Of a stretch of DNA of 24,000 nucleotides, positions 1 to 8,013 are shown piece after piece. The translations under genes and the position numbers were made by a program. Origin of the DNA: Aeromonas aquatica. GTDB lineage: Bacteria; Pseudomonadota; Gammaproteobacteria; Enterobacterales; Aeromonadaceae. Position 1 is the stretch's first letter; each line of letters opens with the position of its first letter. The notes beneath the pieces were generated by a model, which did no database searches, had not been told where the DNA came from, and saw only the letters and a list, made by a program, of their open reading frames with translations. The stretch lies in contig NZ_JRGL01000101.1 of assembly GCF_000764655.1 (NCBI RefSeq), forward strand, positions 65,262 to 89,261, written 5' to 3'.

Positions 1-534
1 GAAGTCCACATCGCAGTTGAGTGACCAGGCCCCCAGCTGCTCGGCAAAGCGGGCATGTTGCAACGGCAGGTTGGCGGTCAGGGCGCCAAGGCGCAGCTCG
101 GGCCGTAACCGGGCGAAGCGTGCCAGCTCGGGATGATGGAACGAAGAGATGACCCAGTGCGCCGGGGTGAAACCGAGCTCAGACTCGGCGCGCCGGGTCA
201 GGGCCGCCACCGGCTTGGCGGTATGGGCTCCCTTGAGCTCTATGTGCAGCTCGCAGCGCCCCCCGATCAGGGCCATCACCTGCCACAGGGTCGGAATATG
301 TTCCCCTTCGCCCGCATCCAGTCTTGCCAGATAGGCGCGAGATTGCTGGGCGAGCACGCCGTGGCCATCGGTGCAGCGCTCCAGCCGCCGATCGTGGAAT
401 ACCCAGAGCTCGCCGTCTGCTTGCTGCACGTCGAGCTCGATGGCGCTGACCCCGAGTTCGATGGCCAGCGCCATCGCCTTGAGGGTGTTTTCCGGCGCCA
501 GCCCGCTGGCGCCGCGATGGGCAATGATCTGCAT
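1..534 (-). CDS. Glycerophosphodiester phosphodiesterase (GDPD family, UgpQ-like); 3' end runs off the window
   Basis: Absent from the ORF track because no stop codon lies inside the window. Reverse-strand translation from the ATG (complement of 534-532) gives MQIIAHRGASGLAPENTLKAMALAIELGVSAIELDVQQADGELWVFHDRRLERCTDG... This carries the HRG..PENT and ELD/FHD signature blocks of GDPD enzymes. The frame is open for all 178 codons down to position 1. A GAGAGG Shine-Dalgarno-like run (complement of 548-543) sits 8 nt upstream of the ATG. Confidence 0.85.
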   Translation of the reverse strand, partial: MQIIAHRGASGLAPENTLKAMALAIELGVSAIELDVQQADGELWVFHDRRLERCTDGHGVLAQQSRAYLARLDAGEGEHIPTLWQVMALIGGRCELHIELKGAHTAKPVAALTRRAESELGFTPAHWVISSFHHPELARFARLRPELRLGALTANLPLQHARFAEQLGAWSLNCDVDF

Positions 535-555
535 GCTGTGTTCCTCTCTCATCTA

Positions 556-571
556 CCGGGGCTAGCCCCGG
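556..571. repeat. Perfect 16-bp palindrome CCGGGGCTAGCCCCGG overlapping the relic stop codon; possible hairpin
   Basis: Read directly from the sequence: CCGGGGCT is the reverse complement of AGCCCCGG. It lies between the mscM region and the GDPD start. No U-run follows on the minus strand, so it is not a canonical intrinsic terminator. Confidence 0.6.
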
Positions 572-680
572 CTCATTCTGATATCGATCTGCTGGTGCGG
601 CAGATGCATGCCCAGTCGATGCAGCTTCTCCAGGATCAACGAATGGACTTCATGGGTGCACGATGGACATGGGGTGATCC
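562..680 (-). pseudogene. Relic 3' end of an mscM-like gene: a degenerate second copy of the last ~30 codons plus its own stop codon
   Basis: Positions 571-658 match 693-780 at 85 of 88 nt (mismatches at 577, 643 and 649). On the minus strand the copy still reads ...THEVHSLILEKLHRLGMHLPHQQIDIRMSRG-stop (TAG, complement of 564-562), identical in protein to the live gene's C-terminus. A 4-nt insertion near 659-662 breaks the frame upstream, and no start codon is present. Confidence 0.8.
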
Positions 681-683
681 CGC

Positions 684-3600
684 TCATCCGCGGCTCATCC
701 TGATATCGATCTGCTGGTGCGGCAGATGCATGCCCAGTCGATGCAGCTTCTCCAGGATCAACGAGTGGACCTCATGGGTGATCGGCATGCGGTGATCCAT
801 GTTGTTCACGTAGAGGCGGATCTCGTAGATGAGCGCCGAGTCGGTGAACTCGACCAGGAATACCTCGGGAGTCGGGGTATCCAGCACCAGGCTGGACTCC
901 TGCACACACTGCTCCAGCAACTGCTGCACTCGCTTGGGTTCCTGAGTCAGGCCGATGCGGATGCGCAGCTTGACCCGGGTGATGGCATCGGACAGGGACC
1001 AGTTGATGAACTGCTCGGTGATGAAGGCCTTGTTGGGGACGATGATCTCCTTCCTGTCCCAGTCGACTATGGTGGTGGCGCGGGTCTTGATCTTGGTGAC
1101 TGTGCCGGTCAGATCGCGGATGGTGACGGTGTCGCCGAGCCGGATCGGCTTCTCGAACAGGATGATGAGGCCGGAGACGAAGTTCGCGAAGATCTCCTGC
1201 AGGCCGAAGCCGAGGCCCACCGACAGCGCCGCCACCAGCCACTGGGTCTTGGACCAGTCGATGCCGAGCATGGAGAAGCCGGTGAGGGCGCCTATCAGGA
1301 TCACCATATATTTGCTGACGGTGGTCAGGGCGAAGCCGGTACCGGGGGAGAGGCTCAGATGCTGGAGCAGGGTGAGCTCCATCAGCCCCGGCAGGCTGCG
1401 GGCGGTGACCACGGTCAGGATGAAGGCGAAGGCGGTCAGCATCAGATCCTGCAGGGTAATGGCGGAGAGCTGCTCTATGCCGGCCACCTTGCTGCTCACC
1501 TGCCACACCTCGATGCTGCTGAGGAAGCTGAAGGCCGAGTTGAGATCCGACCATTGCACCACCACCAGTATGGTGAAGCCCAGCATCAGCAGGGTGCGCA
1601 CCAGCCCCAGCGACTGGGCGCTGATGGTGTCCAGATCCAGCTCGGGCTCCTCCACCACGTCCGGGATCTCTGAGCTGAGATCGTCCTCGTCCCGTTCCCG
1701 CTGGGCCAGGATCTCGGCCCGCTTGCTCTTGGCGCGATCGAAGGCGAGGCGGCGGCGCTGGATCAGCATCCAGCGATGGGCCAAGTAATAGACAAGCAGG
1801 CAGCCGAGCCCCAGTAGCAGGCTCAGCTCCAGCTGGCGCAGCAGGGTGCGGGAGGTATAGAAGTAGCCGAACAGGGAGCCCAGCACCGCCAGCAGGGGGG
1901 CCAGCATCAGGCTGTTCCAGATGAAGTGGTGCAGCAAATGGGGCTTGGTCATGTCGGCCTGGCCCCAGGTCAGCGGCAGCTTCTCCCGGTTGAGGCGGGC
2001 GAAGAACAGCAGCAGCCAGAGCGCCCCTATGATGAAGGCCAGGCGGCCGAGGGAGTCGTAGAAGGCGTGCTCCTGATAGCTGTTGGCCATGCCCTGCACG
2101 AAGAAGCTCGGGATCAGCACCAGCAGCAGGGTGCGGAACTGGCCCCACACCCGCTGCACCGGTTCTTTCGGCCAGCGAAAATGCAGGATCAGGATCCCCT
2201 TCTCCAGGGTCAGATGGCGGGCGACCAGCAGCGCCAGCAGCAGAAACCAGATCTCGCCGAGGCCACGGGCCACGGCCACCGCGAAGGGGTATTGCCAGGC
2301 GCCGTCCAGCAGGCCGCGCATCATCAGCACCATGGCGGGCAGCGGCAGGGCGGCGAGCAGGGAGCGCACCAGCAGCCGGCTGGTGAGGCTGAACTTGTCC
2401 TGGGTCACCTTGCCGATGCGCGGGGCTATGTAGTGGCTGTACTGCACCAGGTGGCGCCCCAGCTTGGCCCAGCACCAGGCCAGCACCAGCAGGCCGAGCC
2501 CGGCCAGGGTGAGGTTCATGGGGTTGTTTTCCACGATGGCCCTGGGCAGTTGCAACCAGTTGGCGGGATCGATCAGCAGGCTCAGCGCGGTGGGCACCCC
2601 GAGCAGCACGGTCGGGGTGAGCGGGCGCACATCCGGCATCCAGAACAGGTGGCTGGCGCTGATGTCCCGGATCTCGTCGATTTTGCTGTTCTGACGGCTG
2701 TAGAGCAGCTTGAGCCGGGTCTGCTCCTGGATCAGGGTGTCGGAGGCGTCGTTGAGCCGGGTCAGCAGTTGCCGTCTGGCCTTGAGCAGGTTGTCGAGCA
2801 CCGCCTGCTGGGCCCTGTCCAGGGTGATGTCATCACCGCTGAGCAGGCTGTTGCGGATCTGGTCGGGATCCTTGAGGGCATCCTGCTCTGTCTCGTACTG
2901 GTACTTCGCCATGCGCGCCTTGACGATGGCGGACTCCAGCTTCTCCAGCGGGAAGTAGTTGGGCAGATCGGCCAGCTTGCTGCGCAGGTTCTCACCGTAG
3001 GCGTTGCTGATCTGCAGCCATTCCAGCTGCTCGCGCACCGAGTTGACCAGATCGTTGAGTCCTGACAGGGAGGTGTCGATGTCCCGCTGTTCGTCCTGCA
3101 CCCGTTCGATCTGCTCCTCCAGGGCGCCGAGTTGCAGGGAGAGCGCCTGATTCTGCTGTTGCTGCTCCTGCAGCAGAGGCAGATCCGAGGTGAGCTGCCG
3201 GCGCAGCCGCTCGCTTTCCGCCAGCGCCTGCTCCGTCTTCTCCCGCCGCAGCAGGTTCTGTTGCGTCAGCAGGCTGTTCTGCCACTCGTCCTCATCGGTG
3301 ATGGCGAGGTTGAGCTCCTGCAGCTTCAGCTTGCCGAGATCGTTGCGCTGCTGGGCGGAGAGCTGCTCCAGCTCCAGCATCTGGATCCGGTCAGACAGGC
3401 TCTGCTCCTTGAGGCGGGTGGCCAGTTGATGGGCCTCCTGCAGGCGATCCGACTCGTTGCTGAAACTCAGGCGATCGAGCTGGGCGCGGGTCTGCAGCAG
3501 CTGCTTGCGCAGCTCGTCGACCCGCAGGTGATACTCCTGGCCCGTGCTCTCCAGCTGGTTGAGACCATCCATCACCGCCTGGCGCTCCTTGCGCAGGTTG

Positions 3601-3956
3601 ATCTGGCGGTTGCTGCTCAGGCTGATGGCCTGGCGCAGTGCCTCCTCCTTGAGGGAGGAGAGGGGCGGGCGGGACTGGGGCTGATAGTTGTGCAGGCTCT
3701 CCTTGAGGCGGGCCGACTCCTTGGGGTAGTCGATGAGGATCTGCTGGTAGACCTTGCCCTGCTCCCGGTAGCGCTGGGCATCCCGGGCGTATTGCAGCGC
3801 CTGCTGGTAGCTCTCCCGCAGTTGCTGGTTCTCCGGAATATCGGTTTTGGGCACGCTCTGCAGCAGCTCTTCAACTTGAGTGATGGCGTCATTGGCCTGA
3901 GCGAGAGAGGGGAAGAGGCTGACGAAGATCAGCAGACAGAGCAGGCGTTGCAACAT
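684..3956 (-). CDS. mscM: Large MscS-family mechanosensitive channel, MscM (YjeP) / MscK (KefA) type
   Basis: 1090-aa ORF. It has a signal peptide (MLQRLLCLLIFVSLFPSLAQA) and a ~450-aa Q/E/L-rich coiled-coil periplasmic region, followed by about 11 hydrophobic segments. The C-terminal MscS core reads GLGFGLQEIFANFVSGLIILFEKPIRLGDTVTI...DWDRKEIIVPNKAFITEQFINWSLSD. Blocks such as RRWMLIQRRRLAFDRAK match my recollection of E. coli YjeP/MscM better than MscK. Confidence 0.9.
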   Translation of the reverse strand: MLQRLLCLLIFVSLFPSLAQANDAITQVEELLQSVPKTDIPENQQLRESYQQALQYARDAQRYREQGKVYQQILIDYPKESARLKESLHNYQPQSRPPLSSLKEEALRQAISLSSNRQINLRKERQAVMDGLNQLESTGQEYHLRVDELRKQLLQTRAQLDRLSFSNESDRLQEAHQLATRLKEQSLSDRIQMLELEQLSAQQRNDLGKLKLQELNLAITDEDEWQNSLLTQQNLLRREKTEQALAESERLRRQLTSDLPLLQEQQQQNQALSLQLGALEEQIERVQDEQRDIDTSLSGLNDLVNSVREQLEWLQISNAYGENLRSKLADLPNYFPLEKLESAIVKARMAKYQYETEQDALKDPDQIRNSLLSGDDITLDRAQQAVLDNLLKARRQLLTRLNDASDTLIQEQTRLKLLYSRQNSKIDEIRDISASHLFWMPDVRPLTPTVLLGVPTALSLLIDPANWLQLPRAIVENNPMNLTLAGLGLLVLAWCWAKLGRHLVQYSHYIAPRIGKVTQDKFSLTSRLLVRSLLAALPLPAMVLMMRGLLDGAWQYPFAVAVARGLGEIWFLLLALLVARHLTLEKGILILHFRWPKEPVQRVWGQFRTLLLVLIPSFFVQGMANSYQEHAFYDSLGRLAFIIGALWLLLFFARLNREKLPLTWGQADMTKPHLLHHFIWNSLMLAPLLAVLGSLFGYFYTSRTLLRQLELSLLLGLGCLLVYYLAHRWMLIQRRRLAFDRAKSKRAEILAQRERDEDDLSSEIPDVVEEPELDLDTISAQSLGLVRTLLMLGFTILVVVQWSDLNSAFSFLSSIEVWQVSSKVAGIEQLSAITLQDLMLTAFAFILTVVTARSLPGLMELTLLQHLSLSPGTGFALTTVSKYMVILIGALTGFSMLGIDWSKTQWLVAALSVGLGFGLQEIFANFVSGLIILFEKPIRLGDTVTIRDLTGTVTKIKTRATTIVDWDRKEIIVPNKAFITEQFINWSLSDAITRVKLRIRIGLTQEPKRVQQLLEQCVQESSLVLDTPTPEVFLVEFTDSALIYEIRLYVNNMDHRMPITHEVHSLILEKLHRLGMHLPHQQIDIRMSRG

Positions 3957-4111
3957 GGCGCACGTTTCCGTTCATGAAAAGTCGCCTTAGCCTAAAGCAG
4001 GGGCCAGGGCGGGTAAAGCCTTCCAGGTTAATGATTCACAACATAAATGACGGGTGATCAGGGCCTTGTTTGGCTATTATCCCGCTCGTTTCTCCTGTTG
4101 CAGAGTATCTT

Positions 4112-5449
4112 ATGTCCTCCCTCGATTTGGGCACTGCGCCCCTCTCTCGCCTCTTCCTGCGTTATGTCACCCCGACGGTGGCGGCCATGCTGGTCACCGG
4201 GGTCTATGTGACCATAGACGGTATCTTCGTCGGCCATATCCTGGGTCAGGATGGCCTGGCCGGCATGATGCTGGCCTACCCCATCTGCGCCGTGCTCTAT
4301 GCGGTGGGAGCGCTGATCGGCATGGGCTCCTCGTCGCTGGCCTCCTTCTACCTCGGCAAGGGGGAGCAGGGGAAGGCGCGTCACATCGTCGGCAACGCGC
4401 TGGTGATGGTGCTCATCGCCTCGGCCGTACTCGCTTTTATCGGCATTAATTACGGCGATTCAATGCTGGCCTGGATGGGGGCCGAGGGGGAGATCTTCGA
4501 CGCCGGCCTGGCCTACTTGCAGTGGTACGCCTGGCTCGGGATCTTCGCCGTGCTCTCCATGGCGTTCACCGCCCTGCTGCGCAACGATGGACGACCCGGC
4601 CTCACCACCTGGATCCTGGTGGGCGGCGGCGTGCTCAACGTGCTGCTCGATTACCTGCTGATGGTGGTGATCCCCTGGGGGCTGGCGGGGGCGGCGATTG
4701 CCACCATGCTCTCCCAGGCGGTGACCGGCGGGCTCTGTCTGTGGCACTTCTTCACCCCCCGCAGCCAGTTGCGCATCCGCTGGGACACCCTGGTGCCGGA
4801 CTGGCGGCTGATGGGGGAGACGCTGCGACTCGGGGTGTCGAGCTTCCTGATGTACCTCTACCTGTCGGTGGTGCTGGCGCTGCACAACAAGGCGCTGCTG
4901 TCGGTGGGGACCTCGCTGCACGTGGCCGCCTACGGGGTGATCAGCTACAGCGAGGCCTTCTTCTACCTCATCTTCGAGGGGATCGCCATGGGTATCCAGC
5001 CCATCGCCAGCTTCAACGCCGGGGCGGGCAACTGGCAGCGGGTGCTGCGGGTACGCAATCTGGCGTTAGGAGTGACTATGGTGGTGGCACTGTGCGGCAT
5101 GATCCCGCTCTATCTGTGGCCAGAAGCAGTGGTTTATCTGTTTGCAGGGGACAACGCGGCCCTGCTGCCGGTGGCGACTCTCGGCATCTGGCTCTACTTC
5201 TGGGGCCTGCCGATGGAGGGCCTGCTGCTGGTGGGGGCGACCTACTTCCAGGCCATCAACCGGGCTCGTATCGCCTCTTTGCTCACCGGCGGCAAGCTGG
5301 TACTGATCGGCGGCTTCCTGTGGGGTTTCTCTTCCCTGTGGGGGGTGGCCGGGGTCTGGCTGGCGCTGCCGACCTGCAGCACTGTGCTGGTATTGGTGAT
5401 GTGGCGGGCCATGCGCAAGGAGGTGGGGCTGCATGCCGGCGCGAGCTGA
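4112..5449 (+). CDS. MATE-family multidrug/toxic-compound efflux transporter
   Basis: The track ORF is 4070-5449. I prefer the ATG at 4112 (MSSLDLGTAPLSRLFLRYVTPTVAAMLVTGVYVTIDGIFVGH...), which is a typical MATE N-terminus. The protein has about 12 hydrophobic helices throughout. A start at 4070 remains possible. Confidence 0.85.
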   Translation: MSSLDLGTAPLSRLFLRYVTPTVAAMLVTGVYVTIDGIFVGHILGQDGLAGMMLAYPICAVLYAVGALIGMGSSSLASFYLGKGEQGKARHIVGNALVMVLIASAVLAFIGINYGDSMLAWMGAEGEIFDAGLAYLQWYAWLGIFAVLSMAFTALLRNDGRPGLTTWILVGGGVLNVLLDYLLMVVIPWGLAGAAIATMLSQAVTGGLCLWHFFTPRSQLRIRWDTLVPDWRLMGETLRLGVSSFLMYLYLSVVLALHNKALLSVGTSLHVAAYGVISYSEAFFYLIFEGIAMGIQPIASFNAGAGNWQRVLRVRNLALGVTMVVALCGMIPLYLWPEAVVYLFAGDNAALLPVATLGIWLYFWGLPMEGLLLVGATYFQAINRARIASLLTGGKLVLIGGFLWGFSSLWGVAGVWLALPTCSTVLVLVMWRAMRKEVGLHAGAS

Positions 5450-5484
5450 ATATGATTGCCACCGGACCCTGGGTGACGGATGTG

Positions 5485-5522
5485 AAAAAAGAAGAGGCAG
5501 CCCAGGCTGCCTCTTCTTTTTT
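5485..5522. terminator. Bidirectional rho-independent terminator shared by the convergent MATE and M23 genes
   Basis: AAAAAAGAAGAGGCAGCC-CA-GGCTGCCTCTTCTTTTTT. The two 18-nt arms are perfectly complementary, and the A-run and T-run give a U-tract on both strands. Confidence 0.85.
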
Positions 5523-5537
5523 ATGACGTGAGCCAGC

Positions 5538-6365
5538 TCAGGGCTTGAAGGCCCCGATAAAGATGGCGGGGTCGACGCGGGCATCGTTGAGACTGACGTT
5601 CCAGTGCATGTGGGGGCCGGTGGCACGGCCGGTGGCGCCGACCCGGCCGACGATGCCGCCCCTTGGCAGGCTCTGACCCAGTTTCACGTCGACCTTCGAC
5701 ATGTGGCAGAACATGCTGATCAGCCCCTGACCGTGATCGACGAACACCGTATTGCCATTGAAGAAGTAGTTGCCGATCAGGATCACCTTGCCTGCGGCCG
5801 GCGCCTTGATGGGGGTGCCGGCACCGACCGCGAAGTCGAGACCCGAGTGGGGGTTGCGTTCCTCGCCATTGAAGAAGCGGCGCAAGCCGAAGGGGCTGGA
5901 GAGCGGGCCGTTGACCGGTTTGTCGAACAGCAGGTTGCTGGGCTGGGTGGGGCTGAAGGTCTGATAGGCCTGGGTCTGTTCCGCCAGCTCGCGGTTGATG
6001 CGTGTCATGTCTTCGGCCAGCGGGTTGACCTGGCGGCCGTTCTTCAACTTGATGTGTTGCTCGCGGTAGTGCTTCTCCCCGACCTGGAAGCTGAGGCGGC
6101 GGCCATCGTCCAACACCAGCTGATAGGGGCCAGCCGCACTCTTGAGCGGGATGCCGACGATGGCTATCCAGCGACGACCCTCCTCACGCACGACCAGCAC
6201 CGGCTTGTCTTGATAACGTGCGCTGGGCGCCTCTGGCCCGTCCCCCAGTGCTACCACGGCGACGCCACCCGGGACGGGGTGATTGAGCAGCCGACTGATG
6301 AAACCGGGCTCGGCATAGAGATGAGTGCTACCCAGCAGCAGGACGAGAAAGAACAGTCGACGCAT
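5538..6365 (-). CDS. M23-family peptidoglycan metalloendopeptidase (secreted)
   Basis: M23 motifs HSGLDF (HxxxD) and GPHMHWNV (HxH) lie in the C-terminal half. I place the start at the ATG at complement of 6365-6363 (MRRLFFLVLLLGSTHLYA signal peptide). It is preceded by GGAG 7 nt upstream. The track's extension to 6602 is discussed under rejected items. Confidence 0.85.
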   Translation of the reverse strand: MRRLFFLVLLLGSTHLYAEPGFISRLLNHPVPGGVAVVALGDGPEAPSARYQDKPVLVVREEGRRWIAIVGIPLKSAAGPYQLVLDDGRRLSFQVGEKHYREQHIKLKNGRQVNPLAEDMTRINRELAEQTQAYQTFSPTQPSNLLFDKPVNGPLSSPFGLRRFFNGEERNPHSGLDFAVGAGTPIKAPAAGKVILIGNYFFNGNTVFVDHGQGLISMFCHMSKVDVKLGQSLPRGGIVGRVGATGRATGPHMHWNVSLNDARVDPAIFIGAFKP

Positions 6366-6623
6366 TACGACTCCATCGAATAACAAGGGGATGAGATAAA
6401 GGGGAAAATGATGCCACATTCCTGCCGGGCTGTCCGTCACCTTGGACAAGGACGCCGGCCAAAGATGTTGTCCGGCACTGAGCAAGCTTAACAACTCTGT
6501 GCTATTTACTAATGTGTCACTAAATGTTGGTTGTTGAATGAAACCCATTGTGACAGAAGGGATATAAGCGCTGGCAGGGAAAATGGCGGTCGCTGGCGGC
6601 ACCCAGGGTAAATGGAGGTTGTG

Positions 6624-7166
6624 ATGAAGACGAACGCTCTCTTAATGCTCGCACTCGCCATGGGCGGGCTGGTATCGGTCCCCGTTGCCGCCTTCAACGG
6701 CACCATTACCATCAATGGGGAAGTGACTGCCGGCACCTGTGCCATCGCCGTCAATGGCGGCACCGCATCGGCCACCGTGACCCTGCCCACCGTCAGCACC
6801 AATGCGTTGACCAGCATAGGCCAGACCGCGGGGGCAACGGGTTTCAATCTGGCGCTGACCGGCTGCCCAGTAACGGGATCGGTGCGGGCCTACTTCGAGA
6901 ATGTCGGGGTGGCCCAGGCCACGGGCAACCTGACCAACAAGGCCGTGGCCGCGGGTGGCAAAAATCCGGCCCAGAATGTGGAGGTACAGATCCTCTCGGC
7001 CAACAGCAGTCCCATCGACCTTCGCACCAACACCAACAACTCCCTGGTCAATTTCAGCGGCACCGGGACGGCCACCCTCTACTACAGCGCCCAGTATGTC
7101 GCCACGGGAGCCGTCGGTGCCGGTCTGGTCTCGGCGGATCTTATCTATTCGCTGGATTATCACTGA
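6624..7166 (+). CDS. Fimbrial major subunit (type-1/FimA-like pilin of a chaperone-usher system)
   Basis: GGAGG at 6614-6618 lies 5 nt before the ATG at 6624. The signal peptide is MKTNALLMLALAMGGLVSVPVAA. The mature N-terminus FNGTITINGEVTAGTC is paired with a second Cys in LTGCP. The protein is Gly/Thr/Ala-rich and ends in the subunit motif LIYSLDYH. Confidence 0.85.
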   Translation: MKTNALLMLALAMGGLVSVPVAAFNGTITINGEVTAGTCAIAVNGGTASATVTLPTVSTNALTSIGQTAGATGFNLALTGCPVTGSVRAYFENVGVAQATGNLTNKAVAAGGKNPAQNVEVQILSANSSPIDLRTNTNNSLVNFSGTGTATLYYSAQYVATGAVGAGLVSADLIYSLDYH

Positions 7167-7176
7167 GAGCCGTCCC

Positions 7177-7938
7177 ATGAGGCGGCTCGGTAGTTGGAAA
7201 GGAAAGGGAATTGTGTTGGGTCGTCTGCTCTGGTGCTTGGCTCTCTTGTTTCCGTGGCAGGCCTGGAGTTATGTCCAGATTTCCGGCACCAGGGTTATCT
7301 ATCCTGCCAGTGCCAGAGAAGTCACGCTGGAGCTGATCAACAAGGGCAATACGCCCTCGCTGGTACAGGTGTGGATCGATTCCGGTGATCGCCGTATCCG
7401 CCCGGGCGCCGAAGCGGTTCCCTTCCTTATCACTCCCCCCATCACCCGCATCGAGGCTCAGCGTGGGCAGTCGCTGCGCCTCGCCTATGTGGGGCAGGGG
7501 CTGCCCCAGGATCGCGAGTCGGTATTCTGGCTGAATGTGCTGGAGGTACCGCCGAGCGCCAAGTCCACCCAAGCGGGCCAGAATCTGGTTCAGCTTGCCT
7601 TTCGCTCCAGGATCAAGCTGTTTTACCGACCCGAAGGGTTGGCAGGCGACATGGAGCACTCCGCCCATCACCTGAGCTGGAGTCTCGTCAGGCAAGGGAA
7701 CGGCTATGCGCTGCGAGCCAGCAACCCGAGCCTCTACCACGTCAGCATCAGCAATCTGGAACTGCAAACAGCCCAGACGACGCGCTACAACAACCTCAGC
7801 GGTGGCATGGTGGCACCGGGGAGCAGCTTCGATTTCCCGGTCGATCGTCTCTCTGGCACCGTGCATGCCAAGGCGGTGACCTTCTATTGGCTCAATGACT
7901 ATGGCGCCCGCGAGGTGGGCCAATTCGTCTTCAACTGA
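7177..7938 (+). CDS. Periplasmic fimbrial chaperone (PapD/FimC-like), copy 1
   Basis: This is an internal start within track ORF 6955-7938, 10 nt after the pilin stop. The sequence reads GTRVIYPASAREVTLELINKGNTPSLVQVWID...ESVFWLNVLEVPP...AFRSRIKLFYRP, which is the classic PapD-like core with the conserved Arg and Lys subunit-anchoring residues. The exact start is uncertain (ATG 7177 versus the GTG/TTG near 7212). Confidence 0.85.
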   Translation: MRRLGSWKGKGIVLGRLLWCLALLFPWQAWSYVQISGTRVIYPASAREVTLELINKGNTPSLVQVWIDSGDRRIRPGAEAVPFLITPPITRIEAQRGQSLRLAYVGQGLPQDRESVFWLNVLEVPPSAKSTQAGQNLVQLAFRSRIKLFYRPEGLAGDMEHSAHHLSWSLVRQGNGYALRASNPSLYHVSISNLELQTAQTTRYNNLSGGMVAPGSSFDFPVDRLSGTVHAKAVTFYWLNDYGAREVGQFVFN

Positions 7939-8013
7939 ACCCTTGGTGTGGGAGCCGGATGGCCAGGCCGCCTCTCCCTGCACCTCTGCTGGCTCTGAGA
8001 GGGGAGGTATGCC

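Noticed and set aside
133-795. 220-aa plus-strand ORF bridging the GDPD gene, the repeat region and the mscM 3' end
   Set aside because: It is antisense to two genes with clear family motifs. The internal repetition in its translation simply reflects the duplicated mscM 3' end read on the wrong strand.
717-3977. Several 280-570-aa ORFs overlapping mscM (717-1673 +, 772-2475 -, 955-1788 +, 1926-3065 +, 3132-3977 +)
   Set aside because: All are off-frame or antisense to the 1090-aa channel gene, which has coherent signal peptide, coiled-coil, TM and MscS-domain organisation. The alternative translations are P/R/G/Q/H-rich low-complexity sequence.
6488-6537. Inverted repeat TTAACAAC ... GTTGTTGA flanking ~34 bp of AT-rich DNA upstream of the pilin gene, considered as a fimS-like phase-variation switch
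   Set aside because: The arms are only 8 bp with one mismatch, and the enclosed segment is far shorter than known invertible promoters. No tyrosine recombinase (FimB/FimE-like) gene is present in the window. A promoter-like TTAACA-N16-TAATGT (6488-6515) overlaps it, so it is more simply ordinary promoter DNA.
6366-6602. 79-codon N-terminal extension of the M23 peptidase ORF
   Set aside because: The extension runs through the AT-rich divergent promoter region and has no ribosome-binding site. It precedes an internal ATG (6365) that has a GGAG Shine-Dalgarno sequence and begins a textbook signal peptide.
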